64,000 bases of DNA, taken from contig NC_042999.1 of the NCBI RefSeq assembly GCF_006345805.1, positions 70,184,001-70,248,000 on the forward strand, given 5' to 3'. Of the stretch, positions 1-13,760 are shown one piece after another. Under the pieces are notes generated by a model. It ran no database searches and was not told where the DNA came from. It worked only from the letters and a program-made list of their open reading frames with translations. Origin of the DNA: Octopus sinensis (Eukaryota). The position numbers and the translations under genes were made by a program. Position 1 is the stretch's first letter; each line of letters begins with the position of its first letter.

Positions 1-1033
1 GAGGTGACCTTAACAGGCCATTCGTCCACCAGAAAGAGCAGCCATAACTCACACCGCCAAGTAGTAGTAATTCAGAAATTAGGTGAAAATTAAAAAACAT
101 TTACCCTAATCATTTTAGACGATGCATCGTTTCTGTGTTATTAATGATTAAATAGCTTAATTAATTAAATTAAGCCAATCTACCATAGGTCACACTTCAT
201 CGGTAAAAACCTGGGAGAGACAAATAGACACGAGGCGTCTGTATCGATGCCTCCGGAATATCTGTTTAAAATTTTCAAGACCGACGTATTCGCGCCAAAC
301 TTATCAGCAGTAAATATAACCTGCCGATTCAATCTCAGAATATTCAGAAAATTATCAATTAGTCAATTTAGGGTAGCAAAAAATTCAATAGAAATTTATC
401 TCTACCAGCGGCCTAGTGGAAAAGAGAAAATAGTCAAAGGACTAAATATATAAATATAACAATTTAGGAGTGACCTTAACAGGCCATTCGTCCACCAGGC
501 CGTGGTAGCGATTAAATTTTCTATTGAATTTTTTGCTACCCTAAATGACATGACTAATTGATAATTTTTGAATTAATTCTGAGATTGAATCGGCAGGTTA
601 TATTTACTTGCTGATAAGTTTGGCGCGAATACGTCGGTCTTGAAAATTTTAAGGACAGATATTCGGAGGCATCGATACAGACGCCTCGTGTATATTTGTC
701 TCTCCAGGTTTTTACTGATGAAGTGTGACCTATGGTAGATTGGCTTAATTTAATTTAATTAAGCTAATTAAATCATATTATAACACAAAACGATGCATCG
801 TCTAAAAAGATGAAATAGGGTAAATGGTTTTAAATTTTCACCTAATTTAGATCTTACTACTACTTGGCGGTCGTGTGAGTTATGGCTGCTCTTTTGGTGG
901 ACGAATGGCCTGTTAAGGTCACTCCTAAATTGTTATATTTATATATTAGTCTTTGACTATTTTCTCTTTCCACTAGCCGCTGGTAGCGATAAATTTCTAT
1001 TGAATTTTTTGCTACCCTAAATGACTAATTGAT
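1..1033. repeat. ~466-bp tandem repeat unit that switches orientation at ~497 (large fold-back)
   Basis: TGACCTTAACAGGCCATTCGTCCACCA occurs at 5 and 471; 497-922 is the reverse complement of ~413-1, and 923-1033 of ~467-355. Confidence 0.9.
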
Positions 1034-1034
1034 C

Positions 1035-1309
1035 ATTATATATATATATATATATATTTATTGATATATATATATATATATATATATTTATTATATATAT
1101 TTATATATACATATGTATATATATATTCTATATTTTATATTGTATATATATATTTATATATACATATGTATATATATATATACATATATATATTTATATA
1201 ACATATGTATATATATTACATATATATATATATATATATAATATATATATACATATGTATATATATATATATATAATATATATATATATATTATATATAT
1301 ATATATATA

Positions 1310-1357
<48 letters not shown>

Positions 1358-1358
1358 G
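1035..1358. repeat. (TA)n-rich microsatellite
   Basis: Direct inspection. Confidence 0.95.
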
Positions 1359-1824
1359 CTTTTAATTTGTTACGGGGAAACGTTTTGAATATGCATATAA
1401 AGTTCCTACTCCCATTATGCTAGACCCAGCTAATGATGCTGACGGATGAACCAGCTTTTGGGGGTTGCATCGAGCTGTACCGATATGATGTAAGATAAAT
1501 ATTGTAGCAATAACAGTAATCCTTGGATGGAATTTGTAAACATTTAAAGTATCGCTACGCACGTTTCCACAAATCAGATGCCTTTTAAGATCATAGTCCG
1601 TATTCCTACGATGATTACTCTGTTGTCCGTAGTGTGCATCGGACAGATCATCTTTATGGAGTCATTTCTTCAGGCAAGATAACATTAATGGATGTTTAAC
1701 AGAGAGTTATCCCTTTTGACCAGGGTGAAATACCAACAGAAATACTCACATAACACATTCAACCTTCGTCCTGGTTTTTTCCTGTTCTCCGTATACCCTT
1801 CGTCGTCATTCTGTGCAACCATTT

Positions 1825-1892
1825 TGCATATATATATAGTAAAATGCATAAAAAATGTGGTATATATATGTAATGTATGTATATATATATAT

Positions 1893-1933
<41 letters not shown>

Positions 1934-2155
1934 CACACACATACATATATACATATGTGTGTGTGTGTATGTATGTATGTTGTATATATGTATGTATATA
2001 TATATTATAAATAATAAGTTTACAGATAATAATTATTATTATTATTATTCACAGAATTTTCACTCGACACCGTTCTTCATTTTACGCATATATGTATGTA
2101 TATATATAATATATTATATATATATCTATATATATATATATATATATATATATAG
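1825..2155. repeat. Compound (TA)n/(CA)n/(TG)n microsatellite region
   Basis: Direct inspection. Confidence 0.9.
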
Positions 2156-2322
2156 CCAACTAGGCACATTTTTTCTCTCCTTGTTTTCTGTGTCCCTTTC
2201 TGTAGAAGAGCATAGGCTCGAAACGTAAAAGACTTTTTCTATTCTGAGCGTTATACTAATACATCTATTTGTTTTGTACACCACCTGTCTTCGTCTTTTG
2301 TTGTTTTTTCGTAAACTCTCCT
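2156..2322 (+). mobile_element. Short Penelope-like (pLTR-derived) repeat, family H1
   Basis: Homologous to 4158-4355, 47890-48090 and 52095-52337; carries a hammerhead-like motif; 3' end abuts (TA)n. Confidence 0.65.
2196..2231 (+). ncRNA. Minimal type I hammerhead ribozyme motif, variant core CUGUAGA
   Basis: CTTT-CTGTAGA-A-GAGC(ATAG)GCTC-GAA-ACGT-A-AAAG: stem I CTTT/AAAG, stem II GAGC/GCTC, palindromic stem III ACGT. Confidence 0.65.
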
Positions 2323-2376
2323 ATATATATATATATATATACATACATATACTCACTCACACATATATATATATAT

Positions 2377-2442
<66 letters not shown>
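2323..2442. repeat. (TA)n-(TG)n microsatellite
   Basis: Direct inspection. Confidence 0.95.
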
Positions 2443-2444
<2 letters not shown>

Positions 2445-4095
2445 TTAAATAAACACTTTCATTACACAATCGGTTTACTTCAAATTTCACAGAAGCAAAA
2501 AAATCATATTCGGAACAACCTGCTCTTCAAGTTAAAGTGCAAGTGGCTGAGGATTCCACCGCTGGGTAGAGAGTAACTCTTGTGATGAATAAGAATAGCG
2601 TTCGTTGATTTCTGTTAAAATTCTAGAGAAATTAACATTTCAATGAATTTTATGGAATGGTATTCACAGCTAATTTTACGGAATGAAATTAAGTACCTAA
2701 ATCATTGACATCGCATACTGCGAACGAAAAAAAAAAAGGCTTCATCTACGCTAGTTACTCCAAACATCAACATGCAACTATGGTAACGAAATTACTTTTC
2801 TACAGCATAGATTCTGCTTTACCTAGGTTGAGGTCTATAGAGCAACTCTTGCTCCATCCGATGACATTCTCAAAACACTACACAGGGCGCACTGTAAATG
2901 ACCTCAAGGGGGAGATTCATTCATCATATGCATCCCTTCTCGTTCAGGCACAGGGGAATCCCCAATTCCTTTAAAGTTTTATTGGAGACTACGAGAAATT
3001 TTTCTGCCCACTGTAAATCTGGAAAATTTTCAAAAATATCTTCTTTACTCATCCTAAGATCGTAACTGTTGTCTGTTTCTTGGAAAATATTTGCATATTC
3101 CAACAGCGTAGTGTATCCCAAAAACAAACAAAAAAAATGAACTGTCAAATAATGCCATCAATGGAGCTTGCTGTTAGCTAATTTTAAGTCACTGGTTATT
3201 AACATTATTCTATAAATTTTATTAAAATTCAATTTCACAAGAATTTCTAACACGAGCGAAGAAGTGTATTCCTGTTAAACGTGCCAATGTTATCCCCATT
3301 TAATCATCAATCACCGACATATCGATTCGAGCAAGTGATCCAAACTGAACAATGAGTGCAAAATTAGCTCATTAGCTAATGACAATCATCTTTCAGCTCT
3401 CAGAATACTGAGCCCCCAAACAATCGTGTTTTCATACGTCTGTAAAACTTTAAGTTATTACAATGCTAAATCATCTGTTATTTCAAATATTTAAATTTCA
3501 CGACGAAGTAATTTTTATATTTCGGATTTCGTTTGTGCACTTACCTTTATACCTCGTTGTTTATCATGTTACAAATGTTAGGGCTTGGTTTCTTTTTATG
3601 TTTGTATGATATTATCTGATAGTAATTTGGAGAATGAGTGCGTGTGTATGTAAGTATACAGATGTTTAATTCATATAATTTGTGCATGGGTGTTTGTTCT
3701 GAAGCCAAGCTTATTAACTACAGGAGTGGCTTTTCTGTTATAATCGCAAAAAAAAAACGCTTGTTCCTGTAACACTTTGAGGTTTTCCTGTCTGGCGTTT
3801 TATATACAACTTTTATTGTAGTAGTGATGCTTTTTGTGGAGTGAATGAGTGGAAGTCACTTAATTTTTAGGCTTTTGTTTTCTTTTGCTTTCTGGGATAT
3901 TTTTTTCAGTTCGTAGTTAGTACCCGACAGAGGTGGGGGCAAGCTATACACGTCTTAGTTTTAACAATCGTTAGATAAAGTACTCAAAGTATATTTTAGA
4001 GTATAGCGTCGAGAGAGTAACTTAATAGTAACATAGTGAATCACCAACTTCTTACAAATATATATATGCGCGTATGTATATAAGTACATATATAT

Positions 4096-4155
<60 letters not shown>

Positions 4156-4157
4156 AG

Positions 4158-4355
4158 GCAGAATTCACAAGAAAAACAAAAGTCGAAGACAGGTGGTGTA
4201 GACAAAAAACAGATGTATTAGTATAACGCTCGGGAAGTGAAAAGTCTTTAACGTTTCGAGCCTACGCTCTTCCACAGAAAGGAACACAGAAAGAACAAGG
4301 AGGGAAAATAAAGAATGTGTAGTGGCTAGCGATCTATCATGGCGAAGGCGGACAG
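4158..4355 (-). mobile_element. Short Penelope-like repeat, family H1
   Basis: Reverse complement of the 47890-48090 copy; 3' end abuts (TA)n at ~4085-4157. Confidence 0.65.
4246..4281 (-). ncRNA. Minimal type I hammerhead motif, variant core CUGUGGA
   Basis: Minus strand CTTT-CTGTGGA-A-GAGC(GTAG)GCTC-GAA-ACGT-T-AAAG. Confidence 0.65.
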
Positions 4356-5119
4356 AAGAGTCACACAGGAGAGCTAGGAAGAAGGGGAGATAACACATAC
4401 ACACACACGCACCACACGCGCGCGCGCGCGCACACACACACACTCATATATATATATATATATATATAAATTTTTAGTAGAATATTAAAAACTTCAGTTG
4501 TCAGTAATTTACATCCAGATAAACGAAATCATGTTTCTTATATTTATAAGACGTGATTGGGCATGATACGTTGTTCCATTCATGTATTTTTTAGGATCAA
4601 TAAACTCATGTAGATATTAAAATAATTCAAATAAAATCTAAATGAAGACATTCTATTCTAGTATATAATGATGAAATTCGATCATAAGAAACATTTATGC
4701 GCGTGTAGATACGTATAATCGCGGAAGATTGAAAATTGTAAATAAAGTTCAGTAATGTGAAGTATGAAAAGTAAAAGTCTGTTAAAAACCCACGGAGTGC
4801 CTTCAAATGTAGCTTGTGCTATGTTTGGAAACAAGTGTTTATAGATATATGTAAGCTATAAACGATTACAAATTATGCAATATGTTGTTAGAGGTTTCGG
4901 TAATCGTAAGTAATCTCCAGACGTCGAACAAGATATTGACTTCAAAGAACAAGGTCCGTTGAAGACGTGAACTTGTGCAACATCTGACCTTTAAGAGATG
5001 TATCCCAGTCAGATGGGAATTCGCTAACGGAAGATTTGAACCGAAACCAACTTGAAGATGGATTTCATCAGTTTGTTTACCTCCAGCTATGCGTGTGCCT
5101 CACACATTAGATATTGTAA

Positions 5120-5490
5120 GTGTGTGTGTGTGTCTGTCTGTCTGTGTGTGTGTGTGTGTTCGACGCTGAAAGTTCACTCCGATGTTATTCACTCACATGT
5201 GCACAAGCACACACACATACACACACACGCACGCACAGATGCACACATGCATACAGATAGATGCCCATCCGCGCGCACACACATTCACACATACATACAC
5301 ACACAGATGCACCTCATTCGCACACACACATTTAGACAGATGCACCCTCACACGCACACACATACTCATATAGACAGATGCACACTCGCGCACACACAAA
5401 CTCATATACATGCAATCATACATACACAACCGTATATCACAACACGCACACACAGACACATATACACACACAAACACACACATACGCGAA
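5120..5490. repeat. Degenerate (TG)n/(CA)n-rich cryptic microsatellite
   Basis: Direct inspection; source of the His/Thr-rich pseudo-ORFs. Confidence 0.85.
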
Positions 5491-5747
5491 AAACATGTCA
5501 TGTAAATATGAATGTATTTAGTATGTATATGCGCATGTATGTACGCATATTTGAATTATGCTTTATGTATAGATGGATAGATTGATGGATGGTTTTTGTG
5601 TTTATGCGTGTGTATGTGTGTGTGTGTGTGTATGTATGTATGCGTGTATGTACTCCTCTGCCTTTCATACTATCATTCTTTTTTCAAAATTACACTCACA
5701 CACTACATGAAGAAAGAGCAGGAAATACTGAAAGTAGAATAGACATA

Positions 5748-5785
<38 letters not shown>

Positions 5786-6146
5786 CATACACACACACCA
5801 CACACACACACAAACACACACACACACGACATATACCGACTTCATTCATCATCATTCTTAATATATATATATACATGTTATTTTTAATAAGTTAGCCAAA
5901 GAGATGACCTTTACAAACCATCCCAAACTAGTGAGATTGATGTGGGTGATGTTCAGTTCAGACATCTGGCGGTTGATATGAATAGAAAACCTTTAATGGA
6001 ATTTCTAGACAGCTGGTGGTCTTGGAAAAACATGATGGAGAAAATAACTAGAGGTGACAGGAGGGGTAATGATGTCTTCATAGATCGTAAGAGCAGACAA
6101 CGTTGTAGTAGCAGTAGAATATGCAAAGAGAGTGTACACAGCACAT

Positions 6147-6800
6147 TTATATCTTTTATCTTATACGTGCTTCAGTCATTAGACTGTGGCCATGCTGGGG
6201 TAACACGAACAATTTTAGTCGAACTCATCAACTCCAGTACTGTTTTTTTTTTGTAAAGCCTGGTACTTATTTTATCGCTCTCTTTTGCAAATTGCTAAAT
6301 TACAAGGACGTAAACTCACCAACACCGGTTTTCAAGCGGTGGTGGGAGACAAACATTTACACAAAGACAGACAGACGACAGACTCATATTTATGTTACAA
6401 CGGGCTTCTTTCAGTTTCCGTCTACCAAATCCAGTCACAAGGCTTTGGTCGGATCGAGGCTATTATAGAAGACATTTTCTCAAGGCGCCACGCAGTGGGA
6501 CTGATTCCGAAACCATGTGGTTTGGAAGCAAACTTCACATTTCTTTATTGCCCACAAGGGGCTAAACATAGAGGGAACAAACAAAGGCAGATGAAGGGAT
6601 TAAATCGATTACATCGACCCCAGTACGAAACTGGTACTTAATTTATCGCCCCCGAAAGGATGAAAGGCAAAGTCGACCTCGGCGGAATTTGAACTCAGAA
6701 CATAAAGACAGACAAAATACCGCTAAGCATTTCGCCCGGTGTGCTAACGTTTCTGCCAGCTCAGCTCACCGCCTTACCACACAGCCACGGCTGTACCTAT
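6147..6800 (-). mobile_element. SINE family 1 copy interrupted by a family 2 SINE
   Basis: Family 1 body 6147-6540; head remainder TTACCACACAGCC resumes at 6774. Confidence 0.85.
6541..6773 (-). mobile_element. SINE family 2 (tRNA-like head GGCGG..GAGCTGGCAGAAACGTTAGCAC), nested
   Basis: Matches copies at 20590, 42608 and others; B-box-like GAGTTCAAATTCC. Confidence 0.9.
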
Positions 6801-7479
6801 ATACCAAGTATTTTTATGGGATTCTTTACTTGAGCACAAGGTCCAGCCTTTGTTGTGGTGTGGAGGCTTGTGTGCCTCAATGACCCTGAGAGTTATGCCA
6901 GCATAGCCCAAACTCCTGATTAAACCTCCCAAACTTGGAGACCAAACTAATATGGACCTCCTCTTACCAGAAGAAAAGAAAAGAAAGATTTCAGAAACTT
7001 TGATGGCAATTCAAAACCAAAAGGACTTTGGACAAAAAAGCTTCCATCGGGTAAATACATGACTGAAGCAGAAATGAAAAAACAAGGAACCAAAAAGGGG
7101 AAAAGACAGCCCAGAGTGGAGAAAAGCTTAAACAGATTTCATAGTATTTTTGCCATGGGCCCTCATATGATTACTTAGCTCTGATTTCATTTCAAATATT
7201 TTTTTGTGACAAATGTAACACGTAATTTACTCGAAGATCATGTCACAACAGTAGCTCCATCATTGTGCAGAATGGATTTTTCTAGTAGCAGACAAGCTCA
7301 CCTTTGGATGGACGCGCGCACACGCATGCACACGCACACACACACACACATTTATACATACGCGCACACACGCACTCACACATTCACACTCATACACGCA
7401 CATACATGCAAAAATGACTGCGGAAAGGAACATAGTCAAATGGCTGAAATAAGTAAAAGAGTAAAAGAGTATATGATTG

Positions 7480-8055
7480 TTTCAAATATTAACACAGGAC
7501 GACTAATTTCGAGGAAGGGGTTAAGTCGATAAATCAACACCAGTTTCAACTGGTACTTATTTTATCGACCGACCCTGACGGCATTTGACCTCAGAACAAA
7601 AAGACGGACGGAATGTCACTAACATTTTGCCCGTCGTGCTAACGATTCTTATTTCTTTACTGCTACCACAAACAAGAGGTCACAGACGTGTGACAAAAGA
7701 TTTCTGGGAAAATAACATGAGTTAAAATAATTTTTAAAAATTCCAGCAATTTCCCCTCTTGGATTGGTATTTTATTATCGATCCCGGAAGAATAAAAGCA
7801 AAGTTGACATCAGCAGAATTTGAACTCAGACTTTCAGGACAACTATTAGTTTCAAATTTTAGGACGGAGCTAGCAATTTTATAGAAGGAGTAAGTCGATT
7901 ATATCAGTTGTTATAATCATTTGGTACTTATTTTATTGGCCCCGAAAGGATAAACGGCAAAGTTGACCTCGGCAGAATTTGTACTCAGAACGTGTAGACA
8001 GACGAAATGCCGCAAAGCATTTTACCCGACGTGTTAACGATTCTGCCAGCTTCGT
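7480..8055 (-). mobile_element. Cluster of degenerate family 2 SINE copies and fragments
   Basis: Repeated TGGTACTTATTTTAT(CG)ACC and GAATTTGAACTCAGA motifs at 7480-7665, 7760-7830 and 7850-8055. Confidence 0.8.
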
Positions 8056-8637
8056 CGGAACAAACATTGCGAAGCATTCTGTTCAACGCTCTAAAGACTC
8101 TGTTAATTAGGCGTTTTCTATTGCTGATGTGTCTGTTTCCTTAGGAATTATCTGGTGCTAAAAGAACAATAATAACAACTGTAGCAGTAGCCGCGAGGTT
8201 GGTGGTGGCGGCAGCGAAGGTACAACCATCACCATATACAGTCGTGACTTGCACAAAATTGTTGATAGACCCAATATCAGGTGAAAACTTGTAGGCTTCA
8301 TTTTAAAGTACTGACAAAGTACTTTAGCATTCTTTTCCAAAATACATATGATTATGTACGGGTTATGAGTATATATATATATATATATATATATATACGT
8401 GTACACGTAGGGTACATGATGTACTTACTAGTAACAAAGCAGAACAAAAGAACTTGAACGATTTATATATAAAAAAAAATAATAATTCTATATCAAAGGG
8501 TCTACCTTTGCTTCTAACAAGTGAAGTAGCCTCCCCACCCTTGCTAATCTACCCACTTCAAAATCGTAAACTTATTCTGACTTTCCCCACCTGCCTCATG
8601 CTGTTCTGGCCTGACACAACCACCGACGTTCTATTAC

Positions 8638-8775
8638 CTTCTCAAATTTAATGACTTTAACAGAGATTTTGCGTGATATAAGAACTGCATCTTAGATGTC
8701 ATCAGATCTGAAGAGGATGAAAGCGTATGTAACGTCTTGGTAGATGTGAATATTCTTTTACAAATCTGGAAAACA
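8638..8775 (-). other. Weak candidate coding exon C (138 nt, phase 2-2)
   Basis: TTTGTAATTTCAG acceptor and AG|GTAATA donor; one open frame VFQICKRIFTS...KSLNLR; no recognised homology. Confidence 0.15.
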
Positions 8776-8794
8776 CTGAAATTACAAATATGTT

Positions 8795-8911
8795 TTCTCC
8801 TTCTCTTCCTTCTCTCTCTCAATCTGTCTCTCTCTCTCTCTCTCGATATATATATATATTTCAATATACATATACATATATACACAACACAAACAAATAT
8901 AATATATATAT

Positions 8912-8955
<44 letters not shown>

Positions 8956-9030
8956 ATATAAACTCAACTTGTGTGTCTGTGTGTGTATCTGTGTGTGTGA
9001 TTGTGCGTGTGCTGTGTGTGTGTCTGTGTG
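8795..9030. repeat. Compound (CT)n-(TA)n-(TG)n microsatellite
   Basis: Direct inspection. Confidence 0.9.
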
Positions 9031-9047
9031 TTTAACTTCCCGGCACA

Positions 9048-9347
9048 TCCCCAGCCAACAATTCGTAGAACCACCAAATATGGGTCCCTTAAAGTTTAGG
9101 CGAATGAAAATTGAACTGCGCTATTTCTGTTCCGAAATTCATCTCGCAAGTTCAAATTCGATAATGTGTTTGTTTTAGGCCTTATCCCATGCATTGATTA
9201 GTGAACTTTACTCAGTCAGCTGTTTGACGTGAACTGTGTTCACCACGCGTGCAAGCATGCGTAAATTGCATGAAAAGTAAAAAATCAAGATATAAAAACA
9301 AATCGTAGAAATTCGGCAAAGAAATGAATTTTCGGGATGTAGCCTGG
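9048..9347. mobile_element. Possible ~300-bp MITE
   Basis: Imperfect TIRs CCCGGCACATCCC / GGGATGTAGCCTGGG; no clear TSD. Confidence 0.35.
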
Positions 9348-9454
9348 GTTTTTTTTCATATTAATCGTTTGGACTTTGTGAACACATACCAATTGTTTTC
9401 ATAACATTTTTAACGCTTTGAATTAAATGTTACCATTTTGCAAAGCCGAGCAAT

Positions 9455-9481
9455 ACTGCTACTATATATATATATATAATT

Positions 9482-9531
<50 letters not shown>

Positions 9532-9641
9532 AATATATGTACATATGTGTATAATATATATATGAATATATATATATGTGTATATATATATATATATATA
9601 TTATGTTATATATATATGTATATATATTAATATATATATAT

Positions 9642-9687
<46 letters not shown>

Positions 9688-9734
9688 ATATAAATATATA
9701 TACATGTATATATATATAAATATATATATATATA
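9455..9734. repeat. (TA)n microsatellite
   Basis: Direct inspection. Confidence 0.95.
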
Positions 9735-11390
9735 GATGAGATGAAAACAAACTCAGCTACTGGCCCCGATGGATTCCCAGCAATCCTTCTAAAAGTATGT
9801 AAGAGGGTCCTAGCAAGGCCACTGCGGTCTCTCTTTCAGAGCTTCCTTGCAACTGGCAAACTTCCAAGAAAACTGAAGGAAGGTAAAATAGCCCTATTCA
9901 TAAAGGAGGTAGCAGAGCGGGGCCAAGAACTACAGACCTATCTCTCTAGCCTCACACATCAGCAAGGCATGGAACGAATAGTCAGAAGGAACTATCATCT
10001 TCCTTGAAAAATGACTTGCTGCCTGACAACCCAACATGGTTTCCGACCAAAGAAGCTGCTTAACTCAGCTCCTACACACTATGACTGGGTGCTGAAACAC
10101 TGCTCAACCACTCAAATATGGAAGTCATATATCTCGACTTTGCAAAGGCCTTTGATAAGGTCGATCATGGATGATATGTCACAAACTGCGTGATCTTGGC
10201 ATAGTTGGAAAATTGGGAGAATGGCTTCATGACTTTCTGAAGAAATAGAATCAGGTGATAGCAGCCAATGTGGCCACTTCCATTAACACGCAAATAGTGA
10301 GCGGTGTTCCGCAGGGCCTGTTTGGGACCACTACTGTTCATAATGGCCCTCTCAGACATTCCCTCAGCCACGCAGAGCCACGATCACAAGTTATGCAGAT
10401 GATACAAAGTTTCACAGGCAATACAGAACCCTGAAACACTAAGCACCTGCAATGTGAGCTGGACGAAATATACAAGTGGGCTGAAAAGAATATCCTGCAG
10501 TTTCAATGCTGGAAAGTTTCAAGCTTATACTATCAGCATGCAAAACTGAATGCAATACCCAATGAATACACTGGACCCCGGAGGGATTGCAATCCCAGAG
10601 GCACAATCAGTGCGTGACCTGGTTATTCACATGATGATGACGCGACCTTTCATGTACATGTTGCTAAACTGGCAATGAAATGTAGACGGCTGGCTGGGAT
10701 GGATTCTAGAACCTTTAGAACAGAGAACAAGAAACCATGATGGTCCTCTGGAAGACACTTGTCCTAAGCCACTTTGACTATTGCTCTCAGCTATGGTCAC
10801 CATCCAGTGTAAGTTGATCACAGAACTTGAGGCGATCCAACGAAGCTACACGAAGAGATAGCCTCTGTGCATCATATGAGCTACTGGGAAAGACTCAAGA
10901 GATTAAAGCTCTATTCCCTGGAGCGTAGGCGAGAAAAGATATGCCATAATATATATCTGGAAGATCCTGGAAGGACTTGTCCCAAACTTTGGCATCGAGA
11001 GTCACACAAATGCCAGAACCCTGGGTGCCACTGCGTAGTACCAAGGACTCCAAATTTGCCATCAAGATGTAGGACAAGATACTGTGATAGCCTGGGCTTC
11101 AGAGGCCCACAGCTCTTCAATATCCTCCCGAAGAACCTGAGGGACCTGCATGGTGTAGATGCGGATGTCTTTAAAGTAGGACTGGATCTCTTCCTGTCGG
11201 TGTCCCGATGAACCAACTTCACGGCAGGAGGTGCAGATGAGGGCAGCTGCATCGAACTCTCTCATGCATCAGATCGTTTTGCTAAAAAGCATCCGTGAGG
11301 TAAAATCGTGTAGCAAACCAAATGGCGGTGCTCCAGCATGGCCACAGCTCATTAGCTGAAACTGGAAAAATCAAAATCAAATCAAAATCA
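9735..11390 (+). mobile_element. 5'-truncated, frameshifted CR1-like LINE (RT, C-terminus, 3'UTR, (AAATC)n tail)
   Basis: Motifs across frames: [60 protein letters not shown]; tandem-repeat tail at ~11368-11390. Confidence 0.92.
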
Positions 11391-11604
11391 TATATACATA
11401 TATATATATAAATACATGTATGTATACTGATGTATATGTATAGATGTATTTCTATAGATATACATGTATATGTAAACATGTATGTCTAGATGTATATATA
11501 GATGTACATGTAATATGTACACATATATATACACATATATACATGCATACATATATATATACCCATACACACATACCGATACACCCCACACACACACACA
11601 CACA

Positions 11605-11715
11605 AGTGCAGGTGTGGTAACAAACTGTGTTCCAAAACACTTGGTTCTCAGTTCAGTCCCACTGTGTGGTAACTTGGCATGTGTCTTCTGCTATAGCCTC
11701 GAACTAGCCAGACAT
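11605..11715 (+). mobile_element. Degenerate 5' fragment of family 1 SINE
   Basis: GTTCAGTCCCACTG.GTGG..ACTTGG..GTGTCTTCTGCTATAGCC. Confidence 0.7.
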
Positions 11716-11885
11716 TGGGGCGACTGTACACAGCTACCAGCCCACAGTCGACGCTATGGCATTGGTGTCACTATTACAAAAGGGGTTGGGTTGGGTTGGG
11801 AGAAAGAATTGCCATTATATATTGAGAACTATATCGTGAAGGTAGCATAAAAAAACAACCCTTCGTCAATTCTTGGCAGATTTAC

Positions 11886-11985
11886 CTACTCCGCATTGCG
11901 AGCAGTGCAACAAGATGCGTCTTCGTCAAAGCAATTGCTCCCCAAAGCAAATTAAATAAAATTTGAGTTACGTGGAACGTCAAAC
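11886..11985 (-). other. Weak candidate coding exon B (100 nt, phase 1-2)
   Basis: TTTTTGTTAGCAG acceptor and AG|GTAAAT donor; frame LTFHVTQILFNLLWGAIALTKTHLVALLAMRS. Confidence 0.15.
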
Positions 11986-12670
11986 CTGCTAACAAAAACA
12001 GGACAGTGAAAACATTCGGTAAGGGCTGTTTAACCCTAACGAGGTGAAGTGGTGAACGCCGGAGAAAAAAAGAGACAGACAAGAGTGCATGTTTTAGTTA
12101 TAAACTGAACAAGAAGAAAAAGAATTACATTTAGAAATAGAGATCTATAATTATTGAGGACAGAATTTGAGTTAGAAATAGGGAACTATAATATTGTATT
12201 ATGCATTAAGTGGTGGCTTACATTCGGGGTTCCAATTTCTTTGTAAAATATAAGATAGTCGCAAAATCATCGCACATGTCACCATCGATTACAAACACCG
12301 GTGGAAGATAAAAGTTCCAGAGGACATTCTTGTTCTTTCGTTTGTACAAGGATCGTATTATGTTTCGGCTTTAAATAAATTATAGATACAAATATAATGT
12401 ATAGAAATATATAAAAACCAGAATAGAAATTAAACGTCTTAGGCATATAAAATGAAATAACATGAGATATCAAGGTGTTATAAACTTGAAACCTACTAGA
12501 ATATCATAGATTATATATGTCAAGTCATCCAATCAGTTCTGTCCAATTTTACCTTTTTTTTAGATTTGAATGAAATTTAATAGTATTTTCAAATGTCTAA
12601 TTCAATTAAAAATTATTTTTATGCATTTGTGTACGTTTAAACTAATTCAATATTGTTTTACAAAATAATA

Positions 12671-13375
12671 GAGGGTGTCCACAAAGTCTGCGTACACAGG
12701 GATTAACACATACTTTTAAAACAAACCAATTTTATTTAATTATAATGTTAATAAATAATATTTTCAAAGTGATTTCCATCCTTTTTCAATGTATAACTTG
12801 ATACGCCTTGCAAAATTCAGGTGAACTTGATTAAATAAGTCTACATTGCTATCAATTTCAGCACATTGACTGGTAATGCGTTCTCTCGTGTGTTTTTAAT
12901 CTGTAATCTTTATTGTAATCCTTCTCTTTCAACATACCCCAGAAAAAGAAATCAAAGGGAGAAAGGTCTGGTGAACGAGGGGACCTTTCCATATGACCCC
13001 TTCTTCCAATCCAGTAAGGAAAAGTGTCATTAAGCCAATCTCTAACAGTTGTGGCAAAATGGGTAGGGGCCCCATCCTGCTGAAAACAATTCGGAAGGGC
13101 CCTCGCTAGGCGCTCAATTTGAGATATTAATTTGTCTCTCAATAGTTACATAAGTCTCATCCGTTACATGTTCAATGAAAGAAGGGTCCTAGAACATGAG
13201 CTTTCCACAAACCACACCACACCATCACCTTTTTGTTGCCTTGCTGTTTGGATGGATCCATCCAATGTGGATTACCTCGAGACCATTAAAAAAATTTTCC
13301 TAACCTGCAGCCGTTTCAGAAAAGTTGTTGTACGAAGTATTCAAAATTCAGCCCTCCTAATTTTTCACCCTTATT
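12671..13375 (-). mobile_element. Tc1/mariner transposase relic
   Basis: FQQDGAPTHF..VRDWLND.FP.WIGR..SPRSPDLSPFDFFFWG.LKEK; TA|GAGGGTGTCCAC terminus at 12671; other end not seen. Confidence 0.88.
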
Positions 13376-13758
13376 TATGAATTTATAAATTTAATGATAC
13401 TGCAGTAAATATTATATGCAGTATTCGTTTCCGCTAAGTCTTACCATGCTTTCGGCGTGGAACCTGAATCACAACTATATATGCAATCGATTGGACCGCA
13501 TGAGTACTTGACGCTCGTGAGGGTCCAATAAATTGTATCGAAGACAAATGCTGCTGATGACTTATAGATAAATATGTGAGTATAATTGCATATTATATTG
13601 ATAAAGAAACAATTGTTCAGCATTAATCTATCTTTCGTTGTGGTTTCACTTTCCTTGCGTTGAGGGTAGGGTATGTATTCTTTGTGGAAACAACTTCGGT
13701 GGCTATACCAGAAATAAGGAGCTATTTTAGCACTAGAGTTAACCACTTAACGGTAAAC

Positions 13759-13760
<2 letters not shown>

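Noticed and set aside
2924-3148. 74-aa minus ORF with protein-like composition
   Set aside because: No recognisable motif and no convincing splice pair
6860-6915. ATGACCCTGAGAG.TATGCC, reminiscent of an RTE LINE 5' end with an HDV-like ribozyme
   Set aside because: Too short and truncated to fold or confirm
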